Source: Wickerhamiella versatilis
Taxonomy: Eukaryota
Assembly (NCBI GenBank): GCA_030867685.1
Contig: JAQOWU010000008.1
Coordinates: 3,906,001-3,970,000, forward strand
DNA length: 64,000 nt
Direction of reading: 5' to 3'
The notes under the pieces are model-generated. The model made no database searches and had not been told where the DNA came from. It saw only the letters and a list, made by a program, of their open reading frames with translations. The number at the start of each line of letters is the position of its first letter. Position 1 is the first letter of the stretch. A program made the translations under genes and the position numbers. Of the stretch, positions 9,985 to 20,958 are shown piece after piece.

Positions 9985-12900
9985 TTAGTCCAGGTCGAAT
10001 AATAGGCGGATATTCTCCAAAGCGTCTGCTCGTCTTTCCTCATCGGTCACTACGCTCGAAAGAGCCCTCTTTCGCTCCTGTATATGCAGCATTCGCTCCT
10101 CAATGGTTTTCTCGACTATGAACCGAACAATGTGCACACTGTCAGTTTGTCCAACCCTATGTATACGATCAATCGCCTGCGACTCGACCGCCCAACTCCA
10201 CCAAGGATCCATCATAAACGCCTGCTGAGCAGAGACCAGGTTGAGACCCACACCACCGGCTTTTAACGATATTAACATCACCAAGGGTTCCTTTGACGTC
10301 CTAAAGGTTTCAAGAACACTGGAACGTTGCTGCTGAGACATCGATCCATCAAATCGCACAGTTTGATGGCCCTCCTCAGTGAGCTCTCGCTGCAAAATGT
10401 CGAGAAAAGACGTAAATTGGGAAAAAACAACATTTTTGCCATTACCGGGTGAATTCCTTACAGCTTCTAACAGTGCTCTCACCTTTGTAGATTGTGCTGA
10501 TACCCTATACCTTTTCAGGGCCTTTCCTTGAGGGGTCTCCCTCAGCACAAATAATCTTTCTCCGCTTATAGGTTTGCGACAGATGTGGCACTCTGGCTTT
10601 TGGCCTCGCTTTTCATGATATTCAATGTGATAGAGCAAGCAAGTGAGACAAGCAGTATGGAAACATTCGGTGAAAGCCCGTTGTCCCCGCGGGATCGGTT
10701 CCGCGGCACATATGGGGCATTCCACTTCCTCTCCACGTACGGCATTTAGAATAGCATCAGATTTATAGTTGTCCAAAAGGTTGTTTTCATTGGAAATATC
10801 GGTCATAAATGGCCTGAGAAGTTCTTCAAGTTCCTCATCGGAGCCACGCTTTTCTCCTGCAACCGGACGGCTTAGCTCTGCCAGTCGTGGGTGATCGCAA
10901 GTTTGTCTCAAGCGGGTAACCAGCGCCAAGATACTTGTATATGATGAGGAGGCGGTACCGGCTGACATCTGGCCCTCTATCGAACTCTTGATCCGGTGGT
11001 ATACAAAGGAGTATAACTCACGTTCTGCGTGCGAAAATGAGATGCGGCGCACTTCAACGGTTTTCTCAGGAAGCTCCACAAGAGGTTTACCGTTCTCAGT
11101 CATCTGTTTTGTCCGACGCAATATTAAAGGATTTACTATTGTTTGTACAGTATTCATAGCACGCTCTCGTCCCTCGCGTGTCTCGAATGGTTTTGTCACA
11201 AAGGCCCGCCAGAAGCTAAAGTTTCGCCAAGGATCTATTTCCAGAAACCTTATCAGGCTGTAAAGGTCTTCCAGTCTATTGACCACAGGTGTGCCGGTAA
11301 GACACCATTTCTTTTGGGCACGAATATCATAGCACGCTTTGGCTGTTTTGGTGCTTCTGTTTTTGATTGTATGAGCTTCATCCAATACCATTCTATCAAA
11401 TTCCACGCCGAAAAGTCCTATCAATTTGCTGTTCTTACCCTTCCATAAGCTATGAACAAACTTCTGATCCTGCTTGGAACGGAACTCTTGCAGAGCACGA
11501 TGCTCACTTACGAGCACTCCGTAGCTCGTCAACAGCACTTTCTTGCGATCTGGATTTGACTTGAGGAAAGCATGAAGCTCAGCTACCTCTGAGCCATAGT
11601 AGACCAGAACGTCACATGTATTGGGCTTAGAGGCCTTAAGCGTCTCTGACTGCCACTGGGCAAGCAATGACATTGGAGTCACTACAAGGGTTAAATGTTG
11701 ACTCCCTGAGTGTATCAATGCTAAGGTCGAGATCGTCTTACCCAGTCCCATCTCATCAGCCAGTATTCCACCAGAACCTTTTAATTCTAGGGTCGGCTTT
11801 TCAAGAGACAGTTCCCCAGAGCTCAGGTTGGCATAAAACGGCTTATCGTTGTTTGGTTCAGGCCAATAAAACTCGGTCCACATCGGATGTAACTGATCAG
11901 ATTGCACTGCCTTATGCCCAGACTCTTGTTCCAGCATCCAGCTTAGACCTCGCTTTTGGAATGGCCAAAGTTCAACACTTAGCGTATTAGCAGGCTCTGC
12001 TTCGGAGAGCTCTGATATTGAGGTGGATTTATAAAGTTGATCCATTTGATCTGAACTTACTTCATCGGAAGTCTGCTGCTGGGTGTGGGCATTGATGTCC
12101 TCGATGGCCTTGTTCATATCCGGCAGCTTCGGCTCTATGAGACCCAAAGCGGCAAATAGTTCATTAATGGCGATTTGCCTCAGACGCATAACTCTTTCGG
12201 CTCCTGTTTCTTTGCCTTCATCCTTAAAAGTTGGTTCTAACTGAGAGCGTGGTATTGCTGCCGACTGTAGATCCATAAAATCTCTAAAAAAGGCTGACCA
12301 CTTCAAGTAGACATCAACCTGGGTTAGAATAGAATCTCCAATATGCATTGGCTCTTCGGTGTAGATACACTGGATTTTAAATCGACATACTTCTGTATCC
12401 ATTAGAACAGCCATGAACCTTGCACGATTCTCACAAACCCGGGCAAAATCTCGACCATTTTTATAGAATCGGATAATGTAGTCTTCACGGTCCTTCCTCT
12501 GTGAATTTTTCGTCGGTGCACTCGGCTGAATTCGCACAGGTTCAAGCACGTCGCCATATTGTACACCATGCCTACCACTACGAGTGCAGAATAGGTCACA
12601 GCTGAAGCTGCCTAGATAGCGATCTTCAAAATCTTCTTCAGCATTTTGCTCTTCTGTATGCGAAGGATGCACATCGGCATGTGATTGATTAGGTGCCGAA
12701 GAGGAAGCAGGTGGAGAGGAGCAGTCCAATTGATTACGACCTTCCTGAAGGAACTCAGGATGCGAGTGTGAATCGGACTGTGGAGGAGTAGGTGGAGTAG
12801 CTTCAAGCCATTGTATCACAGCTTGCTCGAAATCATTCGATGCCAAAGGCAGAATTTTCTTGAATTGCTCTTCCGTTAGTTCTCCTAGTACCTCTTCAAG

Positions 12901-12987
12901 CCTTTTGCGGAGTGACTTTGTTTCATTCACTTCTTCAATGCTATCAAAAAAAGGGCGACGGTCTCCACAAGAAGGAAATTCTTCCAT
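9985..12987 (-). CDS. RAD5: DNA repair helicase/E3 ligase Rad5
   Basis: HIRAN-like N-terminal region, SNF2 ATPase (GGILADEMGLGKT, LDEAH), RING (CPIC...CFHTAC...CHIC) inserted before helicase C (QAIDRIHRVGQ). Confidence 0.92.
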   Translation of the reverse strand: MEEFPSCGDRRPFFDSIEEVNETKSLRKRLEEVLGELTEEQFKKILPLASNDFEQAVIQWLEATPPTPPQSDSHSHPEFLQEGRNQLDCSSPPASSSAPNQSHADVHPSHTEEQNAEEDFEDRYLGSFSCDLFCTRSGRHGVQYGDVLEPVRIQPSAPTKNSQRKDREDYIIRFYKNGRDFARVCENRARFMAVLMDTEVCRFKIQCIYTEEPMHIGDSILTQVDVYLKWSAFFRDFMDLQSAAIPRSQLEPTFKDEGKETGAERVMRLRQIAINELFAALGLIEPKLPDMNKAIEDINAHTQQQTSDEVSSDQMDQLYKSTSISELSEAEPANTLSVELWPFQKRGLSWMLEQESGHKAVQSDQLHPMWTEFYWPEPNNDKPFYANLSSGELSLEKPTLELKGSGGILADEMGLGKTISTLALIHSGSQHLTLVVTPMSLLAQWQSETLKASKPNTCDVLVYYGSEVAELHAFLKSNPDRKKVLLTSYGVLVSEHRALQEFRSKQDQKFVHSLWKGKNSKLIGLFGVEFDRMVLDEAHTIKNRSTKTAKACYDIRAQKKWCLTGTPVVNRLEDLYSLIRFLEIDPWRNFSFWRAFVTKPFETREGRERAMNTVQTIVNPLILRRTKQMTENGKPLVELPEKTVEVRRISFSHAERELYSFVYHRIKSSIEGQMSAGTASSSYTSILALVTRLRQTCDHPRLAELSRPVAGEKRGSDEELEELLRPFMTDISNENNLLDNYKSDAILNAVRGEEVECPICAAEPIPRGQRAFTECFHTACLTCLLYHIEYHEKRGQKPECHICRKPISGERLFVLRETPQGKALKRYRVSAQSTKVRALLEAVRNSPGNGKNVVFSQFTSFLDILQRELTEEGHQTVRFDGSMSQQQRSSVLETFRTSKEPLVMLISLKAGGVGLNLVSAQQAFMMDPWWSWAVESQAIDRIHRVGQTDSVHIVRFIVEKTIEERMLHIQERKRALSSVVTDEERRADALENIRLLFDLD

Positions 12988-12991
12988 CCAC

Positions 12992-13006
12992 CGCGACGCG
13001 ACGCGT
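12992..13006. promoter_or_regulatory. MCB-like elements (CGCGACGCGACGCGT) upstream of RAD5
   Basis: Tandem ACGCG cores with a full ACGCGT at 13001-13006, upstream of a DNA repair gene. Confidence 0.55.
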
Positions 13007-13405
13007 AGTCAGCAAATGAGCCGGAGTTAATTGAATTGTATGGTCTTGGGCATTCTCTATAAGTGACTTTAGCCACTCTATTAGGGCCCATTATTGATAT
13101 AAAATAGTTTTTTAATAAAGATCTGGTGTCAAAAGCGGTTGCACAGAAGCTAATAATGCTGGTTTTTCGGGGTACCTAATTGAGAAAACATATGATACAA
13201 AATAGAAGAGTATGTACATCATTGCAAAAATATAATCCTTATTATCATGTTTTTTTTCAAGCCGATGGCCATTCTTATACTAAATAGCTTCAGGTATTGA
13301 TAAACATGATTATGTCATTAGGGCACAAGGGCGATGATATTTGTCACCTCTGGGAGCCCCCTCAGCTAGATAGACCAAGCTAAGGCCAATCTTCACATAA
13401 CCAAT

Positions 13406-14176
13406 ATGGTGGTCGGTAAGAACAAGCGCTTGAGCAAGGGCAAGAAGGGCTCCAAGAAGAAGGCCGTTGACCCCTTCAGCCGTAAGGATTGGTTCTCCAT
13501 CAAGGCCCCAGCGCCGTTCGACGTCCGTGATGTGGGTAAGACTTTCGTGAACCGTTCAACTGGTCTCAAGAATGCCAACGACGAGCTCAAGGGTCGTGTG
13601 CTTGATGTAAGCCTCGCTGACCTTAAGAGCAGCGAAGACTTCGCTGCTCGCAAGATTCGTTTGCGCATTGACGAGGTCCAGGGCTCGAATGTCCTTACCA
13701 ACTTCCACGGTCTTGACTTTGCTAGCGACAAGTTGCGGTCATTCGTTCGCAAGTGGCAAACTCTTATTGAGTGTGACGTCACCGTCAAGACTCAAGACGA
13801 CTACTTGGTACGTCTCTTCTGCATTGCGTTCACTAAGCGTCTACCTGGTCAGATCAAGAAGACAAGCTATGCTCAGTCTTCTCAGATCCGCCAGATCCGC
13901 AAGAAGATGGCTGATATCATGACCCGTGAGGCGTCTAATGCCACTCTCTACCAGCTCGTTGGAAAGCTTGTTCCAGAGCTCATCGGCCTTGAGATCGAGA
14001 AGAGCGCTCAGGCCATTTACCCGTTGCAGAATGTGCACATCCGCAAGGTCAAGCTTTTGAAGCAGCCAAAGCTTGATCTTGGTTCTTTGCTTTCTCTGCA
14101 CGGTGAGTCTACTACCGATGACACCGGTAAGAAGATCTCTACTGAGTTCAAGGAGCGCGTCTTGGAGAGCGTTTGA
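13406..14176 (+). CDS. RPS1: 40S ribosomal protein eS1 (S1/S3a)
   Basis: [15 protein letters not shown]...DPFSRKDW...[14 protein letters not shown] signature; high codon bias. Confidence 0.98.
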   Translation: MVVGKNKRLSKGKKGSKKKAVDPFSRKDWFSIKAPAPFDVRDVGKTFVNRSTGLKNANDELKGRVLDVSLADLKSSEDFAARKIRLRIDEVQGSNVLTNFHGLDFASDKLRSFVRKWQTLIECDVTVKTQDDYLVRLFCIAFTKRLPGQIKKTSYAQSSQIRQIRKKMADIMTREASNATLYQLVGKLVPELIGLEIEKSAQAIYPLQNVHIRKVKLLKQPKLDLGSLLSLHGESTTDDTGKKISTEFKERVLESV

Positions 14177-14270
14177 ATGCCGTAATTGCTAAAAGATATA
14201 TAGGCTATAAGGCCAATGAAGTCGACACATTTGAATTATGTACGAATACAGTTGTCTCGTATCTAAAATT

Positions 14271-15407
14271 TTAAGCTGAGACCTCTTCCAGGTTCTCATT
14301 AATTCTTTGTGGGCCTGGTCCTACGCGACTAAGTATGACCCGCTGGATTCCCTCTCGCATTATATCATCGAATGGTGTTTCATGCGTAGCTTTTATAGTG
14401 CTTGGGAGGCCTGGAACTCCAGCAAGCATACCTAGGCCTTGCAAAACTTGGTGTTCATTCTCTGCCAAGTAGTAGACTACACAATTTGGACCAGCATCAA
14501 ATGTATAAGCAGCCACAAGCTTGCCTGCTCGTTCGTTAATTGTTTCCACAACTCGAACCGCAGCGCGCGACGTGTCGTTCATGTAGAAAATAGGGGGGTC
14601 ACTGTCAAGGCATACCGCATGGAACTGATTTGAATCCTGCATGGTGAGTTTTGCGAACGAAGGGAAGTCTCGGTTTTCAATCGCTGTCTTCATTTCATCA
14701 AATCTTTTTGGTACAACTTCGTTGATTCGGTACTTGAATAGAGATGAAGTATTCACAGTCACTTGCATGCCAGCAGTGCTTGAAACTGCCTTTTTTGATG
14801 CACTAGCTACGAGAATAGCTGCTCGCATCTCCGGCCAGTGCTGTAGTGGTGCAATTTCAACGGCCCTAGAATCTTTTCCGTCGGTGCGAGATCCCATATC
14901 CCAGGCCACATAACCACCAAAAAGAGATCTACAGGCAGACCCAGATCCCTGGCGGGCAAGAACGGATAGGTCTGAGGCCGAGTGAGGCAGTTCATAAAGT
15001 TCTGCCACAGCCTTCACCAATGCTGCAAACCCAGCAGCCGATGAAGCAAGTCCTGCGGCAGTGGGGAAATTATTTTCAGACACGATCTGCAGCTTGAAAG
15101 GTGATATTTTTGGCTTCTTGGGATCAGACTCCTCCAATCGATGACGCGCCAGGCGCAGCTCATCAATAACAGTCCGGGTACGCGGTTTTGTGTCAACTTC
15201 CTCAGACTTTCCATTTAGCCAAAGCTCATCTCGAACGTAATGCGGTGAAGCTCTGGCTGTAGTTGTCGCTCGCAAATCGTCTTGTGAGAGTGTTACTGAA
15301 ATCGAGGAATTCGTGGGTAGATTAAGTTTTGCATCTCGCTTACCCCAATACTTAAGCGTAGCTATGTTCACCGGAGCTGTGGCGGTAGCCACAAATTGTG
15401 ATGACAT
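14271..15407 (-). CDS. MVD1: Diphosphomevalonate decarboxylase
   Basis: APVNIATLKYWGKRD, NNFPTAAGLASSAAG, GSGSACRSLFGG and YTFDAGPN GHMP motifs. Confidence 0.97.
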   Translation of the reverse strand: MSSQFVATATAPVNIATLKYWGKRDAKLNLPTNSSISVTLSQDDLRATTTARASPHYVRDELWLNGKSEEVDTKPRTRTVIDELRLARHRLEESDPKKPKISPFKLQIVSENNFPTAAGLASSAAGFAALVKAVAELYELPHSASDLSVLARQGSGSACRSLFGGYVAWDMGSRTDGKDSRAVEIAPLQHWPEMRAAILVASASKKAVSSTAGMQVTVNTSSLFKYRINEVVPKRFDEMKTAIENRDFPSFAKLTMQDSNQFHAVCLDSDPPIFYMNDTSRAAVRVVETINERAGKLVAAYTFDAGPNCVVYYLAENEHQVLQGLGMLAGVPGLPSTIKATHETPFDDIMREGIQRVILSRVGPGPQRINENLEEVSA

Positions 15408-15640
15408 ACTTGGAGTTATTCAGGAGAGTTATGAACGCGAGGTTGCAAGTGTGTGGGTGAGGTGTGAGAGTGTGAGGTAAGCTATGGAACCACCTCGGCA
15501 GTACGCTGAGTTGAGCTGAGTTTTTTTTTAACGATCATATGTATTATATTATATTCGAGTTAGAGTGATAATGGTTAGCAATATAACAAATTAGAGTGTA
15601 AAATTAATATAAGGATGAATTGAACCACATACACTCAAAA

Positions 15641-17353
15641 CTATACATCTGATGTGTTCTCGCTTTTACCAACAGAATTTGGGTCAGATTCTTTATTTTC
15701 GAGGCTTTTCTTTAGGCTTGGATCCAAAGCGCTCATTATAAATGCCGAAGCTGCAGGCCCATCGAGTACCTCCAGGTGTTCTTGCTTGAATATACGGCGC
15801 AATAGCATACCTATAATCATGAATGCCCATAAGACACCTGGAAAACCAACTGCTGCAATAGTTTCGGTTATTGCAACCTCACCCGCGACACCAGCGAGCG
15901 AAAACCCCATATATAGCAAGAAAAACTTTTGTGGTATCTGATATAGAGGCTCTCCGGGATCTCTAAGCTTGGGGTCCGTCAATAGTAGTCCAACTCGCCG
16001 CGTTACTTCATTATGAAGCAGCCCAGGTACTCCCATCATGAAGAATAGGCCAGATAATACACCTTGTGGGACCAAATGGAGAACTATCAATAGGGGACCA
16101 GTCATGGTACCAATTGTCATAAGCCCCTGTACAAAATTGGTAAACCTTTGCTCCACAACTTCTGTTCTGCCGTCTTTGCCTGGTTTTTTGAGGCAGGCAG
16201 TATGCAGGGGTGCCTGTGGAATGAGGCCGTTGGGTGCCGGTATTCCTAATAGACCTGCCACCAAAGTGGTGATACCCAATAAGAAAAAATCCCATGTGAA
16301 AGAAGCAGGCTTCGTAAAATGATAAGTCGCTGGTTGACACATTATCGAGGAAATATTATGATCGAAATAAAAAAGGGCAGTCAGCAAAATGGCAAATGGT
16401 ATAGCCAAGAAAACATCACCAACACTTATATCCCAGAAATGGATAAACCATCCCCATTTCCTGTCATAATCGGTAGATGTTGGCATGAATGCTGCGCTAC
16501 GGTTGAGCCGGAGGAGGTCAAGATCTGAAATTCTACCTGGGAAAAACGTGAATCCTGTAAAGAAAACAACAACGAGAGGTAGGCTGTAGTCTAGTAAGAA
16601 TGTTCTCATCCATGGAAGCAAAAGAGGAGAGTGCCTTCCAATCACCACAAATAGAACGCCAAAAATCAGTATACATAACGCAACCACTATACTGAAGTAG
16701 GCGCTCGAAGCATTGTTAGGATCCTTTTCAAATTGGCGAAGCAATATTTCGACACCTTTTTGGATATAGATAATATTGATGAAGCACCCAAATATATCAC
16801 AGCTAAATAGAGTCACATACTTCATGAAACGCACCCCGTTACACACGGCTATAATTGTGTGCATAATAAACGACCATATATGAATCCACGCCATGAATGC
16901 AAAATAATTAGTACCACGCGGTTGCATTATTTCGAATACCGTGTAGTTGAATATAGTTATTGGACCAGTTACTCCAACAATACACAATGGCTGTCCCGCA
17001 AACAACCCAAACACGATCCCTCCCATTGCACTAGCCATGAGTACCTCATTAAGACCATATGCATTATTAGTCCGGTCGAACATATCCTGAGCGAATGCAA
17101 TGGCAGGCAAAATATTTGCAAAATATATATAAATAGTTGCTGGAACAACACGATAATCAATAGCATCCGTCCAATCTGAGATATAATAAGGGAGCCGAGC
17201 CCTTATATCCTGTGTCATGTCCTTAGCGAACCATGATAATGTGAGCTTTGGACGGCGCATTATCTCAGGACTGAATTGCTTGTCACTCAGCCTTATTTCG
17301 CTCAACACGAGGTAATGACTAAAGATGCCTAGAGGAGCCATGCATTCATCCAT
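15641..17353 (-). CDS. BOR1: Boron efflux transporter (SLC4/HCO3- family); start may be at 17260
   Basis: RLPYYISDWTDA, YFANILPAIAFAQDM, GVTGPI, PNGLIPQAPLH, VVEQRFTNFVQG motifs. Confidence 0.92.
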   Translation of the reverse strand: MDECMAPLGIFSHYLVLSEIRLSDKQFSPEIMRRPKLTLSWFAKDMTQDIRARLPYYISDWTDAIDYRVVPATIYIYFANILPAIAFAQDMFDRTNNAYGLNEVLMASAMGGIVFGLFAGQPLCIVGVTGPITIFNYTVFEIMQPRGTNYFAFMAWIHIWSFIMHTIIAVCNGVRFMKYVTLFSCDIFGCFINIIYIQKGVEILLRQFEKDPNNASSAYFSIVVALCILIFGVLFVVIGRHSPLLLPWMRTFLLDYSLPLVVVFFTGFTFFPGRISDLDLLRLNRSAAFMPTSTDYDRKWGWFIHFWDISVGDVFLAIPFAILLTALFYFDHNISSIMCQPATYHFTKPASFTWDFFLLGITTLVAGLLGIPAPNGLIPQAPLHTACLKKPGKDGRTEVVEQRFTNFVQGLMTIGTMTGPLLIVLHLVPQGVLSGLFFMMGVPGLLHNEVTRRVGLLLTDPKLRDPGEPLYQIPQKFFLLYMGFSLAGVAGEVAITETIAAVGFPGVLWAFMIIGMLLRRIFKQEHLEVLDGPAASAFIMSALDPSLKKSLENKESDPNSVGKSENTSDV

Positions 17354-17637
17354 TTAATCAATTAATCACGTGGACATTTATAACCCTTTCACTGGCTAAA
17401 TTTCCTCAGAAAATGACTCAAATTTTCATAGAGACGACAGTCAAAATAGAAGTAATCACATAGTACTGCACCATAATCTAACAAAAGCTTAGTTGTGCAT
17501 TCACAGATTTTAGTGGGGTAGTTCCCCACTAAATACTTCATTACTTCATTAAATGAAGCCTTAACCCTTGGTGTGCCTAAAAATGATGGTATGAAAACAA
17601 CAGAGGGCCAAAAAAATGCATCGTAATCAAAAGGACC

Positions 17638-18597
17638 ATGCTCTTGCGACCACAGCTAATCTTCAAACGGTTCAACTCGAGTTTGCCCGAAAAATTTTTG
17701 AATGGTTTGCCTAAAGGTATACAGCCCTATGCACGTCTTTCTCGCATCGAAAAGCCGGTAGGTACCTGGTTGCTCTATTCGCCATGTACGTGGTCCATAA
17801 CTTTAGCAGCCACAGCCACAGGTGCACCGCTTAGTACCACCGCGTGGTATTTGGCATTATTTGGCATAGGAAGCTTCCTAACCAGAGGTGCTGGTTGCAC
17901 AATAAATGACATATGGGATCGTCATCTTGATGCCAGGGTCGAGCGCACTAAAACCCGTCCCTTGGCTGCACGCGATGTTTCGGTACCTCAGGCTGTCGGG
18001 TGGCTTGGATTGCAAGGAACTGCAGCTCTGGCTGTGCTCTTTTCCTTACCCCCAACCTGTTGGTCGTTAACGGCAGCGAGTATCATCCCGCTTCTTGTAT
18101 ACCCGCTTTTCAAGCGCTTTACGAATTATCCACAAGCATGGCTCGCAATATGGTTCAGCTATGGTGCTTTTCTTGGGTTTCCTGCAATGGGATTGCAGAA
18201 TTATTGGGCCATGTTTTCGATGTTGGGCTCGGCTGCTTCTTGGTGCATGATTTACGACACTATATATGGCCATCAGGACAAAAAATTCGACATACAGGTC
18301 GGTATGAAATCCACAGCTATAAAGTGGGCTGATAGAACGTTGCCGATCGCAAGACGCTTCTTTTTTGCTCAGTATTCATTGCTCGCCGCCTCGACAATTT
18401 TCGCCGGTGGGGTCGGGCCTGGGATTCTAGTTGGTGGAACCTTCGCCGCTATCAGGCAATGGAATATGATGAGCAAAGTGAATATTGACGATCCGAACAC
18501 CTGTGGTAATTTCTTCTTGAAAAACGTCCTCAATGGTCATATCATAACAGTGGGGTTTTTTGTCGATTACATTCTGAAACTTCTAGGTTACTTGTAA
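17638..18597 (+). CDS. COQ2: 4-hydroxybenzoate polyprenyltransferase
   Basis: UbiA family motifs RGAGCTINDIWDRHLD, RTKTRPLA, YDTIYGHQDK; N-terminal mitochondrial-type presequence. Confidence 0.95.
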   Translation: MLLRPQLIFKRFNSSLPEKFLNGLPKGIQPYARLSRIEKPVGTWLLYSPCTWSITLAATATGAPLSTTAWYLALFGIGSFLTRGAGCTINDIWDRHLDARVERTKTRPLAARDVSVPQAVGWLGLQGTAALAVLFSLPPTCWSLTAASIIPLLVYPLFKRFTNYPQAWLAIWFSYGAFLGFPAMGLQNYWAMFSMLGSAASWCMIYDTIYGHQDKKFDIQVGMKSTAIKWADRTLPIARRFFFAQYSLLAASTIFAGGVGPGILVGGTFAAIRQWNMMSKVNIDDPNTCGNFFLKNVLNGHIITVGFFVDYILKLLGYL

Positions 18598-18611
18598 ATA
18601 TATACGCATAT

Positions 18612-19580
18612 CTATAAATCAAAAATTGGTTTTTCCTGCGTTTTCTTTTCCAATTTTCTCTTTTTCTTCGAGTGCTGCTCAGGGTTATCTGATTCACCCT
18701 TATCCCATAACTTCACCATACCCATACTACCAGTGACTAGTCGGTATTCATGATCCCAATCCAACATGGAAACCTCCTCGCTTTGATGATGCGTCCAGCG
18801 CACGCCTGGCTTCGCTGTCAATAAATTAACCTCGATGGCTTGGCCATCTGAGGTGCCTGCTACCACGTGGTCATCGGCTTCTCCAGCAATTACACTTTCT
18901 ACACTACCGTCTCGGCTCAGTTTGACACGCTGTTGCTGGTCTATGAGGTGTTTATTCTTCCACACTGATAATACACCTTCAGAGAGTCCGAATGCGCTAT
19001 GAGCTTCGCTCGCTACACAACCACAGAGCACCTCATCTTCTTGATCCTCACTTATTTCTTTTTTCTCTGGCTTGCGCAGATCGATGCAAGCTACATGCGT
19101 GCCCCCAGAAACAATAAACTGCCACCGATTTCGAAAGTATAAATTGGTAATAGAATTCACAGATTGTTCCAAAATTTGACCTAGATCATATTTCTTTTGA
19201 AGACTCGTTAACTCAAATCCTAGCAAGCATCCCTCTTCATCACCAACCAACACATGTGACTCCGTAATGGCCAAGCATGTAGCAGCATGGTCTAGCAATG
19301 ATTTGGCCTCCACTTTTCCACTCTTTGAATCTGCCTTTTTAATCACCTTATCTGAACCAACACTGATGATGTGCTTTCCATTGGTTGTATAGGATACTGC
19401 ACGACAACTTCGCTTATGTCGCTTTGTTGACCATTCGATGTGAGGTGGAGAGCCATCCGTTTTATAAGAGTAGCAAGTAATTCTGCCTGAAGCAAAACCA
19501 AGTGCAAATTCGGGCTTTTCCGGATGAAAAGAAAGACAAAACACCGGATCTTCCTCAAAACTAAGAGAGAACACAACCAT
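18612..19580 (-). CDS. JIP5: WD40-repeat protein Jip5 (WDR55-like)
   Basis: WSTKRHKRSCR and SEDQEDEVLC motifs, WD repeats, Lys-rich tail. Confidence 0.8.
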   Translation of the reverse strand: MVVFSLSFEEDPVFCLSFHPEKPEFALGFASGRITCYSYKTDGSPPHIEWSTKRHKRSCRAVSYTTNGKHIISVGSDKVIKKADSKSGKVEAKSLLDHAATCLAITESHVLVGDEEGCLLGFELTSLQKKYDLGQILEQSVNSITNLYFRNRWQFIVSGGTHVACIDLRKPEKKEISEDQEDEVLCGCVASEAHSAFGLSEGVLSVWKNKHLIDQQQRVKLSRDGSVESVIAGEADDHVVAGTSDGQAIEVNLLTAKPGVRWTHHQSEEVSMLDWDHEYRLVTGSMGMVKLWDKGESDNPEQHSKKKRKLEKKTQEKPIFDL

Positions 19581-19923
19581 GGAAGAAAATTATGTAATTA
19601 AAATTATTACCATAAGTTCTGGTCAAGGATTGATGAAATAACTTCGTCAAATTCAAGTAATCAATGTAAAATATATGCATGCTATTTAGACCTCATGTAT
19701 GAAATTAATTTATTTGAAAATAGTTACGATCTTCTTCGTTAAAACATACTTTGGCACCATTGGGTGACTATTAGTTTTTGTTATTCCATCTAATTGTGAT
19801 GTGCATTGTTCTACAGTGGGAAGTACCATGGTGCTAAAATATTCCAATAGATTTCTACTTCTTATTTAAAAGCTATCTAAATTCAGATCGCTTCTCTTTA
19901 GCAACCTGGCATAAGTGGGCAGC

Positions 19924-20847
19924 TTAACCAGCAAATTCAAACTTGGGCATACCCTTAGTATTAGTCTTGTATTTAAACAGATTCCCACCAAACTTGTCTC
20001 CTTCGGCTGATGCAGAAGTGAAGAAAAGTGTGTCGTTGTCGGCTCCACCCCAAGTGGGGCACGTAACGTTTCTCGGTGGCAGGCTCACTTGTTTCACAAT
20101 TTCACCTGTAGGACTCAACGCGATTGCACGGTATCCACCCCACATCGCTGACCAAATATTACCATCAACGTCTACGACAAGGCCATCAGGCTCCTCTTGC
20201 GTACCTTCGTAATCTCTCAAGATCCTTTTTTTTGATATATTGCCGCTCTCATTGTCATAGTCAAAAGCAAAAGTCTTTTGGCCAACCGAGTCATTAAGGT
20301 ACATTGTTTTAAGATCAGGACTCCACCCAATTCCATTGCTGCAGACAAATCCTTCGTCCATCTGGTGTAGACTTCCATCTGGGTCGTATCTCCAAAGTCG
20401 ACCAATTGGTTTTTCCTTGATATTTCCAACGCCAAGGGCTGCTGATTGTTTATCAATTTCTCCACCCCAGAAGCGTCCCGATGGATCAACGGCACCATCA
20501 TTGAAGCGACGAATAGACCTATCCTCTTTGGGGATGATTTCTTTGAGAACCGTCAGCGCACCTGTCTTCTCATCCATAAATGCAATACCCTGGTAATATA
20601 AGCAGATATAGGATTCCGGATTGTTTTTCCGAAAGTATTGCACTGAAACACTATCGCTTGTGTCTAACACTTTTGGAGATGATGTGGCTGCTGTAGCTCT
20701 GGTTGGATCAATAGGCAAAACATACGTTTTATTGTTGAAACAATCATTGAAGTGAAGAGTATGATCACTGAATCTATATATAGGACCCTCCCCAAGAAGA
20801 GCAGGGGGGTGCAGTTCGAAAAACGTCTCCTCAACTTTATCGGACAT
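19924..20847 (-). CDS. SMP-30/regucalcin/gluconolactonase family protein (sugar lactonase-like)
   Basis: LGEGP, RFNDGAVDPSGRFW, SNGIGWSPD, PDGLVVDVDGNIW, VTCPTWGG motifs. First ATG (MSDKVEE) at 20847; the ORF track start is a non-ATG extension. Confidence 0.9.
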   Translation of the reverse strand: MSDKVEETFFELHPPALLGEGPIYRFSDHTLHFNDCFNNKTYVLPIDPTRATAATSSPKVLDTSDSVSVQYFRKNNPESYICLYYQGIAFMDEKTGALTVLKEIIPKEDRSIRRFNDGAVDPSGRFWGGEIDKQSAALGVGNIKEKPIGRLWRYDPDGSLHQMDEGFVCSNGIGWSPDLKTMYLNDSVGQKTFAFDYDNESGNISKKRILRDYEGTQEEPDGLVVDVDGNIWSAMWGGYRAIALSPTGEIVKQVSLPPRNVTCPTWGGADNDTLFFTSASAEGDKFGGNLFKYKTNTKGMPKFEFAG

Positions 20848-20958
20848 CTCGAGTAAAGATAGGCTAATCACAATGACTAATGACAGATATACTCGTAAAC
20901 CAGTGATGAGACAGCGATTTTGAAACATTTACTAAAGATCAAAAACATACAGTATATT